A DNA stretch of 49,789 bases, taken from the IMG/VR virus record IMGVR_UViG_3300017987_000024, positions 1 to 49,789 of that record. One strand, 5' to 3'. This document shows, in pieces, positions 1 through 8,347 of the stretch (positions within the stretch are counted from its first letter, which is position 1; each line of letters starts with the position of its first letter). The notes below the pieces were generated by a model. It was given only the letters and a program-made list of their open reading frames with translations. It searched no databases and had not been told where the DNA came from. The translations under genes were made by a program, and so were the position numbers. The DNA comes from a virus.

Positions 1-123
1 GCACTTTCACGGGTGCCGGATCAGCGGCTTCCCCCTACGGGTATACCCGCCCATTTAGTATCAGTTGAAAATCTGTATGGCCCCGGCAGGACTCGAACCT
101 GCAACGCTCAGATAGACAGATTA
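1..123. repeat. Terminal direct repeat, left copy (identical to 49667-49789)
   Basis: Base-by-base comparison: the first 123 nt equal the last 123 nt. The repeat starts at base 1 and ends at the last base. Confidence 0.95.
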
Positions 124-217
124 TTTATCCTGGAGGACCTATGGCCACTCGTGCCCTTACTAGCCAGTGTTTTCAAATCCGTCCGTCGGAGGCGTCTGCC
201 GATTCCGCCACGGGGCC
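78..217 (-). tRNA. Interrupted tRNA-like gene (140 nt) with 73 nt where the anticodon loop should be
   Basis: Minus-strand read: acceptor GGCCCCG/CGGGGCC plus discriminator A. D-arm TGGCGGAATCGGCAGACGC is Leu-like. Anticodon stem is TCCGA/TCTGA (4 of 5 pairs), variable loop GCGTT, T-arm GCAGG-TTCGAGT-CCTGC. A 13-bp closing inverted repeat joins 73-85 and 211-223. No canonical 7-nt anticodon loop was found. Confidence 0.5.
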
Positions 218-527
218 ATACAGAGGGTGAGCGGTTGAAAATGTGCGGCGGGCCGGGCGCTACTCCGGCGATGCGTTTTTATTGCATATGGCTCGCCGAT
301 TTCCACGGCCACCCGACAAGGGCTTTGGTCTATGGCCAACCAGTGCAGGCCACTCCTGCTCGCGGTGCGTGTCTGCTTTCCACGCCGCCGACGCACATAA
401 GGGTGATGGTCAAATAGTGAGGCCGGGCGTCCGTGCCCGACCCCTGAAACAGCCTTCGTGCATAACCCCCACAGTTGCGCACGAAAGTGAATTTAGGTTT
501 TGCTTTTCTGAGCCTCGGTTTGTACAC

Positions 528-573
528 TCGGTTTCCTAAACCGAAGGTTGCAGGTTCGAGTCCTGCCGGGCGT
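528..573 (+). other. tRNA-Arg(CCT)-like 3' fragment, candidate attP core
   Basis: TCGGT-TTCCTAA-ACCGA (anticodon CCT), variable loop AGGTT, T-arm GCAGG-TTCGAGT-CCTGC, then CGGGCGT-A. There is no matching 5' acceptor or D-arm upstream. It abuts the stop codon of the integrase gene. Confidence 0.6.
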
Positions 574-574
574 A

Positions 575-1621
575 TTAGAGGCCAATTTTATTGACCTCTT
601 GCCGCGCCGACCGGAAACACTCTTCGAGGTCGACGCCAATGTAATGGCGTCGTGTTGTTTCGGCGGATGCGTGTCTGAGGATGGTCCGAACCTCAACTTC
701 GGGCCGTCCTCTTTTTGCTAACCACGTCCCGAGGGACTTACGCAACTGGTGGTAATCGCCGTGCTCGATAAGCGTCGCGTTCGGATCGTCCAACCACCGC
801 TGACGATTCGTCGCCCGTAGAATCCGGTTGAACTCCCGGCTCCAGTTGTACACCGGGCAGTCCCGGATCTTTTCCGGCAACGGCCATGGTCGGCTCATCA
901 GATCGTCGAGCCGACACTTCATCAGGAACGGATATGGCCAGGGCCGCACTTGCTTGAGGCGGAACATCGTCTGCCATAGGCCGTCCGACATCGGGACCTC
1001 ACCTTCGTGCTTGCCCTTGCTCTGCCATTCCCAATACTCACCGGGCTTATCGTCGCGGTGGCGGACCAGGACACGACCGCCGTCGAGATCGACGTCTCGC
1101 CACCGGAGGTTCAGGACCTCGCCTTTGCGAAGGCCGCACACCGCCGCCAACTGAATGGCCGCATACCACGCCAGCGTCTTCGTCGGGTCGCGCCACGTCA
1201 ACGTGCCCGCCGTCGCCAGGATCTCCTTGGCCTCAGACTCGGTGTAATACCGAATCGCCTTGTCATCGACCTTGGCGGCATCAGCGTCGCAAAACGGATT
1301 GGCCCTCAGCCCGTACTCATTGCTGCCGTCGGCTTCTCGCTGGCGTATCGCCCAGCCAAATACCTGGGCGGCGGCACCGACGGTCGTCTTGATCGTCCAG
1401 GGCCTCAGACCGGGCCGTCTGGTCCGCGGATTGATTGCCCGTGTCGCCAGCCACGTCATCCACTTGTTGATACGCCCTGGCCCTAATTGGGCCACTGGTA
1501 CGTCACCCGCAAATGCGACGAGATGGCGAAAAGCACTGCGAGCCTTGGCCTTCGTGCAGCCCTTGACGCTTTGAAACATCTCATACTCTTGATACAGTTG
1601 TGATAGAGTCACGTCACTCAT
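575..1621 (-). CDS. int: Tyrosine integrase
   Basis: ORF 575..1690 trimmed to the ATG at 1621, which is preceded by AAGGAGG. Motifs: GLRKGEVLNLRWRDV (box I Arg) and LRHASAETTRRHY (H-x-x-R...Y). Confidence 0.9.
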   Translation of the reverse strand: MSDVTLSQLYQEYEMFQSVKGCTKAKARSAFRHLVAFAGDVPVAQLGPGRINKWMTWLATRAINPRTRRPGLRPWTIKTTVGAAAQVFGWAIRQREADGSNEYGLRANPFCDADAAKVDDKAIRYYTESEAKEILATAGTLTWRDPTKTLAWYAAIQLAAVCGLRKGEVLNLRWRDVDLDGGRVLVRHRDDKPGEYWEWQSKGKHEGEVPMSDGLWQTMFRLKQVRPWPYPFLMKCRLDDLMSRPWPLPEKIRDCPVYNWSREFNRILRATNRQRWLDDPNATLIEHGDYHQLRKSLGTWLAKRGRPEVEVRTILRHASAETTRRHYIGVDLEECFRSARQEVNKIGL

Positions 1622-1750
1622 GTCAGTCCTCCTTTCTTTCGACGCAACTGTGGGGTCTGACCCCACAGCGTAGCCGAAATCAGGGTTCACATCAAGTTCG
1701 GTGCTCTATCCTACTTCGCTATGGACTTGTCAAAGTGCGGGCCACCGGCC

Positions 1751-1975
1751 CTATGATGAGGCTGAACTGGATACCAGTGTGCCGTTCACGTAAATCCCTT
1801 CCCACCAGTCTCCGTTTGCGGCAACGACAACGCTCTTCCCGTGCAGCACGCCCCTCTTGTGGCGTCTCTGCCACCACGAGCCATCCTTGCGAACGCCCTC
1901 CCACAGCCCCGGCTTTATCTCCGCGAAGCGGTCGTACTCCTTCAGCACATCCATCAACTCAGGCCAGGTATACAT
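1751..1975 (-). CDS. Hypothetical small protein next to int (excisionase position, no motif support)
   Basis: ORF 1751..1990 trimmed to the ATG at 1975 (MYTWPEL...) with AAGGGAG upstream. The composition looks protein-like. Confidence 0.5.
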   Translation of the reverse strand: MYTWPELMDVLKEYDRFAEIKPGLWEGVRKDGSWWQRRHKRGVLHGKSVVVAANGDWWEGIYVNGTLVSSSASS

Positions 1976-2240
1976 GACGCTCCCTTTCAATGGTGGGCCG
2001 CCGGCTGGTGCGACCTTGGCAGATGCAGAGCAGCCGGGGCCCAGGGCTCTGGGTGATTCGCTCGTTTTGCTCGAATGTCACGTCGCTATCCATGGGGTGC
2101 GTTATAACACATGCGCCGCATCTGTCAACTACGAAATGTCACCTCATAGACACTTTTATTGCACTAATCGCTATAACCAGCGTCACCGAATCACCTTAGC
2201 GGTGCGGGAAAAATGAGAAAAAAGTCACGGGGACGGCACT

Positions 2241-2573
2241 TTGTCCTTGCAGTCACGCCACGAAACTGCTATGTTTGCACGCATGGCAGATGCAGAGAGA
2301 AATTCCGATAAGTCGCCGGAGCGACAGACGATCCCGCTAGATCCCGGGGAAAAGAAACTGATGGTCGCGCACGTCCGCCGTCAAGAGGGGGGCTCCAACA
2401 AGCGGTTCTTATGCGCCGCCCAGCGACTCCTGAACCGCTTGCCGGACGGGACGGTGGACATCGTGTGCGGATTCCGGCCCGGGCAACCGCTCTGGGACGC
2501 CGAACTGGCCAAGATCCTCAAGGCCCTCGGAGGCGGCGGTTCTGGCCGCAAACGGGGCCGCAAGCGGGGTTAG
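2241..2573 (+). CDS. Hypothetical protein with basic GGGGSGRKRGRKRG tail
   Basis: Track ORF with plausible composition. It has no clear RBS. It converges on the next gene and overlaps it by 4 nt. Confidence 0.4.
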   Translation: MSLQSRHETAMFARMADAERNSDKSPERQTIPLDPGEKKLMVAHVRRQEGGSNKRFLCAAQRLLNRLPDGTVDIVCGFRPGQPLWDAELAKILKALGGGGSGRKRGRKRG

Positions 2574-2809
2574 CCGAATCGACGCAGGTGCAGATGGGCG
2601 TCGGGCATGGGGTGCCGGGCAAGCTGTGCGTCCACCCAGTCCTCCAAAAGCCCGCAAAATTTGGCCTCGAAGCCTGGATTGCGGAAATGGGCGTGGATCT
2701 TCCGCTCCAGGGCGAACATGCGCCACGACAAGTCGGCGGCCCCCTCGTGGTGTGCGATGAACCGTGCGGCTTCTTCGTAGAACCTCTGGCGACTGGCTTC
2801 GTTCGACAT
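2570..2809 (-). CDS. Hypothetical 79-aa protein with its own strong promoter
   Basis: ORF 2570..2821 trimmed to the ATG at 2809 (MSNEAS...) with GAGGA 6 nt upstream. It lies downstream of the near-consensus promoter at 2862-2890. Confidence 0.6.
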   Translation of the reverse strand: MSNEASRQRFYEEAARFIAHHEGAADLSWRMFALERKIHAHFRNPGFEAKFCGLLEDWVDAQLARHPMPDAHLHLRRFG

Positions 2810-2861
2810 ATGCGTCCTCAAAGCTGCTCAACACTGCCGCTACTCGCCTCCGCATCACCGG

Positions 2862-2890
2862 AGTATACCGAATGTCACCGGCCCTGTCAA
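2862..2890 (-). promoter_or_regulatory. Near-consensus sigma70-type promoter
   Basis: Minus strand reads TTGACA, then 17 nt, then TATACT (plus-strand tgtcaa 2885-2890, agtata 2862-2867). Confidence 0.65.
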
Positions 2891-2897
2891 ATAAAGC

Positions 2898-2916
2898 TAG
2901 GAATTATCCTATTTTT
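2898..2916. terminator. Small AT-rich hairpin with U-tracts on both strands (possible bidirectional terminator)
   Basis: TAGGA-ATTA-TCCTA is followed by TTTTT on the plus strand and flanked by TTTATTT on the minus strand. It lies just after the last late gene. Confidence 0.35.
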
Positions 2917-2919
2917 CTG

Positions 2920-3189
2920 TCACTGGGTATCCCCGCCCAATTGGTGCTGAAGGAGCTTGTCCAGCTTGCCGTGGATATCCTTGATGTCCTGCCGAAATTC
3001 GGATTGCCGTGCGTCGAGGGCTCGGTGCCGCTCGTTGCAGAGTTCCTTGTTGTAGGCCGAGCCGTTGGCCCGCTTCCTCTGCCCCCAGGCAATCCCCTCT
3101 CGGCCACCCAAAACCAGGATAGCCGCGCCGACTGCCGTTCCAATTGAGTCTGCTGAACTCGCCGCTTGTGCTAGAATATCAATCATCAT
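2920..3189 (-). CDS. Small membrane protein with one TM helix and a coiled coil (holin- or spanin-like by architecture only)
   Basis: Hydrophobic segment IGTAVGAAILVLGG is followed by the charged helical stretch RHRALDARQSEFRQDIKDIHGKLDKL. It is the last gene of the late operon. Confidence 0.6.
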   Translation of the reverse strand: MMIDILAQAASSADSIGTAVGAAILVLGGREGIAWGQRKRANGSAYNKELCNERHRALDARQSEFRQDIKDIHGKLDKLLQHQLGGDTQ

Positions 3190-3209
3190 TTTCCCTCATC
3201 AAGTAGCTT

Positions 3210-4379
3210 TTATGGCGCGATGCTGCCAATCTTTTTGATATTCGCTTGCGAGGCACCAGCGATTTTCTTGATGCTCGCCCAGGCAATGCCGGCCGTCTTT
3301 GCGATATTCCCACCGGCGGCGGCTTGATACTCGAACGGCCCGAGGTCCCACCGAGGCCGCGTATAGTTGGTTACGTCAACGGTGAATACGCCGGAGGAGT
3401 CAGTCCCAGTGTCGTACAATGGGGAGTCCGTATCCTGGACGTTGTAATTGTAGACACTGTGGTCGGTGAAACACGTCGAATCCCAGGTCGCTGAGATGTC
3501 CACGCCGCTGGTACCTTCGCCCGCCCCCTGGTCGGTGGCACAGGTCGTGATCGTGTCCCACGAGTCAAAATCGTCCACGCAATCGATCGCGACGCAGCTA
3601 ATCGCAGTAGTGGTTGCGCCCGAATCCTCAAAGGCATCGTCGAAATTGCATGCTAGGGTCGTGTAGACGTACACGGTCGATCCGCCGACGGCGTGAATGG
3701 CCTCGCCACCGGACAGCCGAGTGTGCCGGTTGATGATGATGCAGTTGAAAATCGTCGTCGTGGACGCGGCATCGATCTCGACAGCGTTGGCCGCTCCCAT
3801 GGTGGAGAGAAATGAGTTGCTCAGCGTGTATGTGCCGGTGCCGTGAAACTCGACGCAGAAACCGGTCGTGGCCGTAATAGAATCATCATGAAACTGGAGG
3901 CCGTCGAACGTGGTAGGGTCGTTGGAGGCCACGCGGACACCATAGCTGTCGTCCTCAGAGGCCACTTCGAGGGTGTAGGCGTCGGTATCGTCCCAAATCC
4001 CATTGCAGCGGGCCACGCCAATCGCCCGTATGATGATCGCATCTGAGGCGAAATCCTCACAAATCCAAGAGGTCGTGTCCGGGTTGACCCACGGACCCTG
4101 GATAATGGCGTACTCAGTGTCACCTGCCTGGGCGACTCCATCGCGGGCGTCTTCCCACGCCCACAGTGACGAGTACGTAGCGGTGTACTGGGCGTCGCGG
4201 GCGGTCTGATTGGCATGCGCCGTTGGGCTGGTCACAGAGGACGTCGCGTCATAGCCCCAGGCGATCGTACCATCCCAATAGTCACTGTCAGAGACGATAG
4301 CGCAGTACACGTCGGCCGCCGACGCCAGAACGGCCGGCAGCAACAAGAGTACCACAGCTATCAATATAATCACTCTCAT
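3210..4379 (-). CDS. Fibre- or receptor-binding-like protein with signal-peptide-like N-terminus
   Basis: ORF 3210..4553 trimmed to the ATG at 4379, because the longer form would overlap the upstream gene. N-terminus is MRVIILIAVVLLLLPAVLASAAD. The body is Thr/Asp/Gly-rich and beta-type. Confidence 0.8.
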   Translation of the reverse strand: MRVIILIAVVLLLLPAVLASAADVYCAIVSDSDYWDGTIAWGYDATSSVTSPTAHANQTARDAQYTATYSSLWAWEDARDGVAQAGDTEYAIIQGPWVNPDTTSWICEDFASDAIIIRAIGVARCNGIWDDTDAYTLEVASEDDSYGVRVASNDPTTFDGLQFHDDSITATTGFCVEFHGTGTYTLSNSFLSTMGAANAVEIDAASTTTIFNCIIINRHTRLSGGEAIHAVGGSTVYVYTTLACNFDDAFEDSGATTTAISCVAIDCVDDFDSWDTITTCATDQGAGEGTSGVDISATWDSTCFTDHSVYNYNVQDTDSPLYDTGTDSSGVFTVDVTNYTRPRWDLGPFEYQAAAGGNIAKTAGIAWASIKKIAGASQANIKKIGSIAP

Positions 4380-4384
4380 TCTGG

Positions 4385-7300
4385 TTACTCCAATTCCACC
4401 TGAACCAGTTGCGGCGCGAACAAGATACGATCTGCGTGCGTGGCTACGCCTAGAATCTGCACCACGTCGTCTGTCCCGGACGGCGCCGTCTGCGAAAGCG
4501 TATTCGTTGTGGTGCCAGTAACGGTCAGATAGATCAGCCCGCCTACAGTCCATGTCCAGTCGGTCTCACAAGCAATGCCGTTCAGCAGGAACACTCCCGT
4601 GGCGTCGGCCGCAATAGTGGCGCCAGCCAAAGCTACACACGATGAGGTCGCTATGGCGTCTGCGTCTCCGATCTGCATTTCACCATCAGTGTTGATGTAG
4701 CAGGCATCTCCAACGACGACGTTCTCGTGGGCCGTGAACACGCCCGTCAGGCCGGTTACTACACCATCGCCTGGGTCCATCTTCGTGGTCACAGCACCGG
4801 ACTCACTGACGGTAAAGACTACGGCGTCATCGCCAGCTAGAATTCTGAACTCCTCCGAGCCATCGTTGTCGTCGTCAAGCCAGATGTATACATCGGTGTC
4901 GGCTCGCAGGTCGATGCGGCCATCCGGGGCCAGCATGGCGAAAATCTCGCCGGTCTGACTTGTAAGCTGAGAGCCTGCCTGGGTTAAGGTTAAAGACGCC
5001 AGAGAACCCGCGTCGCCGGTCTCCAGGAACTCGGTAACGTCTGAGAGTGCCGCATACAGACCGGCCTCGTTGGCTAGTTGACCTTCGTAGGTGGCAGAGA
5101 GATCGGGAATGTCTCCGGCCTCCAAGCCGAACGTCACAGTCGCACCGGACAGATCAATAGTGCCTGTGGGCGACCATGTACCGGTAGTAGCCAGCTTCGT
5201 CCACGGCAACAGCCCCTGGAGGTCAGCAAGTTCCAGCAGGGCCTCCAGTTCAGCCTCTGTGTCAACCGCCTCCAGGGCGGTAACCTGCGCCGCCGTCATT
5301 GCACCCGGAGTGGCGTTCGTGGCGGCAGCCAGAGAAAGCACCTGGGTGCTCAGCGACAGACCGTTGGCCGTACCAATCGTAACAGCGTTATGCCCGCCTG
5401 CGAGTTCAACGGCTGTCTCCAGAGCTTGGAGTGCCGCCTTGATCGATTGATTGTCTGCTATCGTCGTGCCCGTGAAGGTCCCCAGGTGAGTGACGCCCTC
5501 TGCAATTCCAGTAAGTGTGATGATGTCGTCAATCGAGAGCCCACCCTTCATGGCTGCAAAGGTGGCATAGCCAAGGAAAGTCTGGACGTCGGCACTCGGG
5601 TCTATCCCTGCGTAAGTCGACAGGACGGCAGATATGGGCTGAAATGCTGCAACGCCCCAATCGTAGATGGCGTCGGCTGTAGAGAGATGGGTCGTGTCCC
5701 CGTTGGTGACGGCAGCGGTATCTACGTCAAAGTCATGGGCCGTGAGAGTAAGGAAATCTCCGCCCGTGTAGGGCGTCACGTCCCATCCGGAGTAGTCGAG
5801 CCACTCGAAGTTGTTGGTGGAGTCGTTCCAATAGGAGATGCGATTGGCCCCTGGATCGGTTAGGGCGGTTAGCTCTGTGAGAACGGTATTGAGTGCCTGA
5901 AAGGCTGCATCCGCAGCGGAGATCGAATAGAAGTCGGTGCCCGCTTCCAGGTCCATGAGGGCACGGGCAGCCGCGTAGGTTGCCGCCCCCAAGAAACTGA
6001 CAATGTTGGCCGACGGGGCAATGGCCGCGAAGGTAGTCAGGTCCGCATCGTATGCCTGGACGGTCACGCCGATATCGCTGTCCAGGACGACGCCACTGCC
6101 CTCAACGCTCACTTGCCCAGCGCTCGTCCTTTCCATGGTGGTGTCGGTGGCGGCACCAATATTGACCGCTGTGAACTGAGGCGAATCGCCCGTGCCAAGA
6201 CCAAGGTTCGTGGCAGATGTGGTTGCGGACGCCACGTCAGAGAGGTTGTTCGTCGAGACGAGATCGCCGCCACCCGCAATAGTACCCCACTCGTAGCCGT
6301 TTGTGGTCGCATTGACCTTGAGATATTGGCCGGCCGTCCCGATAGCAATCTCGCCGAAGGTCGTTGTCGCACTGAGCCAAGGGATGGCGTATTGGGTCCA
6401 CGACGATTTCTCCGTGCCTCCGGCGGCAACGTCAACGTCGCCGTCGGTATCGGCGTCGTAGGTAGCCTGGAGCATGTCTCCGCTTCCGGCTGGCGTAACG
6501 AACGAGAGCACGGCTGACCCATTTGTCTTTAGGACTTGCCCGTCTGTGCCGTCCGCAGCTGGCAGTGTATAGACGGTCGTGGCAATGTCCGTACCGGGAG
6601 CTTGGAACCGGATGTAGTTCGTGCCGTGGTCCGTGTCCTCCAGGAAGTCCATGTAGCCACCAGACGTCGATCCGTTACTGAGTCCGCCAGAGAACTGAAC
6701 AGGGGTCTCAAAGTCCATAATGCCGTCGATCCCCTGAGTGACTACCCAGCTGTTCGTCGCCGTGCCCAGCGAGTAGTTGGCGGTGGCGGCGTCGTAGATC
6801 GTGTTGCCGGTGATCTGCATGAAGATGCCGCCGTTCGACGTCACGATCCCGTAGTTGACGGCGAAGATTTGGTTGTTGATGACGGAGATGTTCCGCATGT
6901 CGCCTGTGGCATGTTTGGTCAATTGAATGCCGTAGTCGATGCGGTCGGTAACACCATCGCCGTTGGCCGTAATTAGATTGTTGGCAATGACGTGCTCGCG
7001 GTTGCCGGTCAGCGCTGAGCCCGCTACGAAGATGCCGACGCTGTCGGCGGCAGACTCGTCGCTGCCCAGACCCGCCCCGGTAGCATCTGCGCCAGAGAGC
7101 CCTGCAATTGTGTTGCCCTGGATGTCTACGCGGCGATACTTCTGATAGGTAACGATGCCGTACTTGCCCTTGGCATTCTCAATGTGGTTGTCGTGGATTC
7201 TCACCGTCCCTAGAGACGTGTCATTGTTCACGGCGATGATGGGGTTTCTGGTGACCCCAATGATCTTGTTGCCCACTACATCTGCATTGCCGTTGTAGAC

Positions 7301-8347
7301 GCCGATCCCATTGACGATCATATCGGCGTCTGTGACGCGAATGATATTGTGTGAGACAATTGCGTGGAGGCAGTCCATCTTGATGTCGACAACAGCCTCC
7401 GGGCAGTTGCAGTCCACGAAGGTATTGCTGGCAACGATCGCCTGGTCGACGTCCCTGATGTAGACGGCCTCAACGTCTGTCGTTGCCGCTTTTCGTTGAA
7501 TGTCCCTGAAGTGGTTGTTGGCGATGAGGACGTCTGTGGCTTCGTGAGCCAGAATGCCTTGGGTCTCAGTGGCCGCGCCGCCGTCGATGTCAACGAAATG
7601 AGAGTCCGTGACCGTCAAGCGGCCTCGATCGGTGGAGGACGTGGTGTCCAGGCCATAGAATATCCCCAAGACGCCCATGCCGGCCACCTTGTACGATAGG
7701 TTCGAGAACGTGGTGTTGGTGACCGTGGTGTTGGTCATCACCTTACTCGTCAGCCAGAGCCCGACATTGCCGTCGTCGAACACGCAGCCGTCAATCAACA
7801 GATCGGCATATCCGCCGGTCGTCGTCCCGAAGAACATCCCATATTGGAAGTCCTCGAACCGGCAATCCCGCAGTGTGATTCTGTCGATGGTCGTGGCCAG
7901 CGTGGTGCAGGTCAGCACGGTATCAAAGGATTTGATGGTCACGCCCTGAATTTGGAGGTTGTCGCGAACCTCCAGGAAATTCGCACCGCCGTCGATACCG
8001 GGGCCGGTGATCGTGACGAGATCCGCCCCCGCACCCGCAATGGAGATGTTCGCACTGGCAATGGTGATGGCACTCCAGGTCGCCAGCGAGTAATTGCCCT
8101 CGGGGAAATAGATAACGGCGTTACCCAGTGCAATCCCCGCGTCGAAGGCCAGATCGACGGCGGGGCCATCGTCTGCGATTCCATCTCCCCCGGCCCCGTA
8201 TATCGTATCGGTCACGTTGATGACTGTGACCATGTTCTTGTGGGTGCCGTCCGCATTGTGGTCGACCCAGAACGGATAGTAAGGCGTAATCGGCTGGGCC
8301 GCCGCCACGCCACACAGCATCAGGATCAGGATCAGCAGGGTTCTCAT
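4385..8347 (-). CDS. Tail fibre or tailspike (1320 aa) with pectate-lyase-type beta-helix N-domain
   Basis: YGAGGDGIADDGPAVDLAFDAGIALGNAVIYFPEGNYSL matches the pectate_lyase_3 style motif. There are repeated NN-H-I-type beta-helix rungs. The C-terminal part contains repeated (I/V)xPSA(N/D)(I/V)xxFLG(A/Y)ATxAA segments. N-terminus is MRTLLILILMLCGVAAAQP. Confidence 0.9.
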   Translation of the reverse strand: MRTLLILILMLCGVAAAQPITPYYPFWVDHNADGTHKNMVTVINVTDTIYGAGGDGIADDGPAVDLAFDAGIALGNAVIYFPEGNYSLATWSAITIASANISIAGAGADLVTITGPGIDGGANFLEVRDNLQIQGVTIKSFDTVLTCTTLATTIDRITLRDCRFEDFQYGMFFGTTTGGYADLLIDGCVFDDGNVGLWLTSKVMTNTTVTNTTFSNLSYKVAGMGVLGIFYGLDTTSSTDRGRLTVTDSHFVDIDGGAATETQGILAHEATDVLIANNHFRDIQRKAATTDVEAVYIRDVDQAIVASNTFVDCNCPEAVVDIKMDCLHAIVSHNIIRVTDADMIVNGIGVYNGNADVVGNKIIGVTRNPIIAVNNDTSLGTVRIHDNHIENAKGKYGIVTYQKYRRVDIQGNTIAGLSGADATGAGLGSDESAADSVGIFVAGSALTGNREHVIANNLITANGDGVTDRIDYGIQLTKHATGDMRNISVINNQIFAVNYGIVTSNGGIFMQITGNTIYDAATANYSLGTATNSWVVTQGIDGIMDFETPVQFSGGLSNGSTSGGYMDFLEDTDHGTNYIRFQAPGTDIATTVYTLPAADGTDGQVLKTNGSAVLSFVTPAGSGDMLQATYDADTDGDVDVAAGGTEKSSWTQYAIPWLSATTTFGEIAIGTAGQYLKVNATTNGYEWGTIAGGGDLVSTNNLSDVASATTSATNLGLGTGDSPQFTAVNIGAATDTTMERTSAGQVSVEGSGVVLDSDIGVTVQAYDADLTTFAAIAPSANIVSFLGAATYAAARALMDLEAGTDFYSISAADAAFQALNTVLTELTALTDPGANRISYWNDSTNNFEWLDYSGWDVTPYTGGDFLTLTAHDFDVDTAAVTNGDTTHLSTADAIYDWGVAAFQPISAVLSTYAGIDPSADVQTFLGYATFAAMKGGLSIDDIITLTGIAEGVTHLGTFTGTTIADNQSIKAALQALETAVELAGGHNAVTIGTANGLSLSTQVLSLAAATNATPGAMTAAQVTALEAVDTEAELEALLELADLQGLLPWTKLATTGTWSPTGTIDLSGATVTFGLEAGDIPDLSATYEGQLANEAGLYAALSDVTEFLETGDAGSLASLTLTQAGSQLTSQTGEIFAMLAPDGRIDLRADTDVYIWLDDDNDGSEEFRILAGDDAVVFTVSESGAVTTKMDPGDGVVTGLTGVFTAHENVVVGDACYINTDGEMQIGDADAIATSSCVALAGATIAADATGVFLLNGIACETDWTWTVGGLIYLTVTGTTTNTLSQTAPSGTDDVVQILGVATHADRILFAPQLVQVELE

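Noticed and set aside
13-539. ORFs 13..417, 243..539, 160..396 and 330..527 in the region left of int.
   Set aside because: They overlap each other and the tRNA-like elements, have Arg/Pro-rich junk-like composition and have no RBS. The region is better explained as an att/regulatory/RNA region.
3210-4553. N-terminal extensions of several track ORFs, for example 3210..4553, 47616..48395, 48447..49127, 29763..30512, 37483..38040 and 44314..45477.
   Set aside because: The extensions overlap the upstream gene or an RNA gene and are Arg/Gly-rich. Internal ATGs with good Shine-Dalgarno sequences, or ATGA coupling to the upstream stop, give compact non-overlapping genes.
4385-8347. Possibility of a BPP-1-style diversity-generating retroelement targeting the tail fibre.
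   Set aside because: I found no reverse transcriptase (no YxDD-type ORF) anywhere in the window, and no template/variable repeat pair near the 3' end of the fibre gene. The fibre C-terminus shows no obvious C-type-lectin-like motif.
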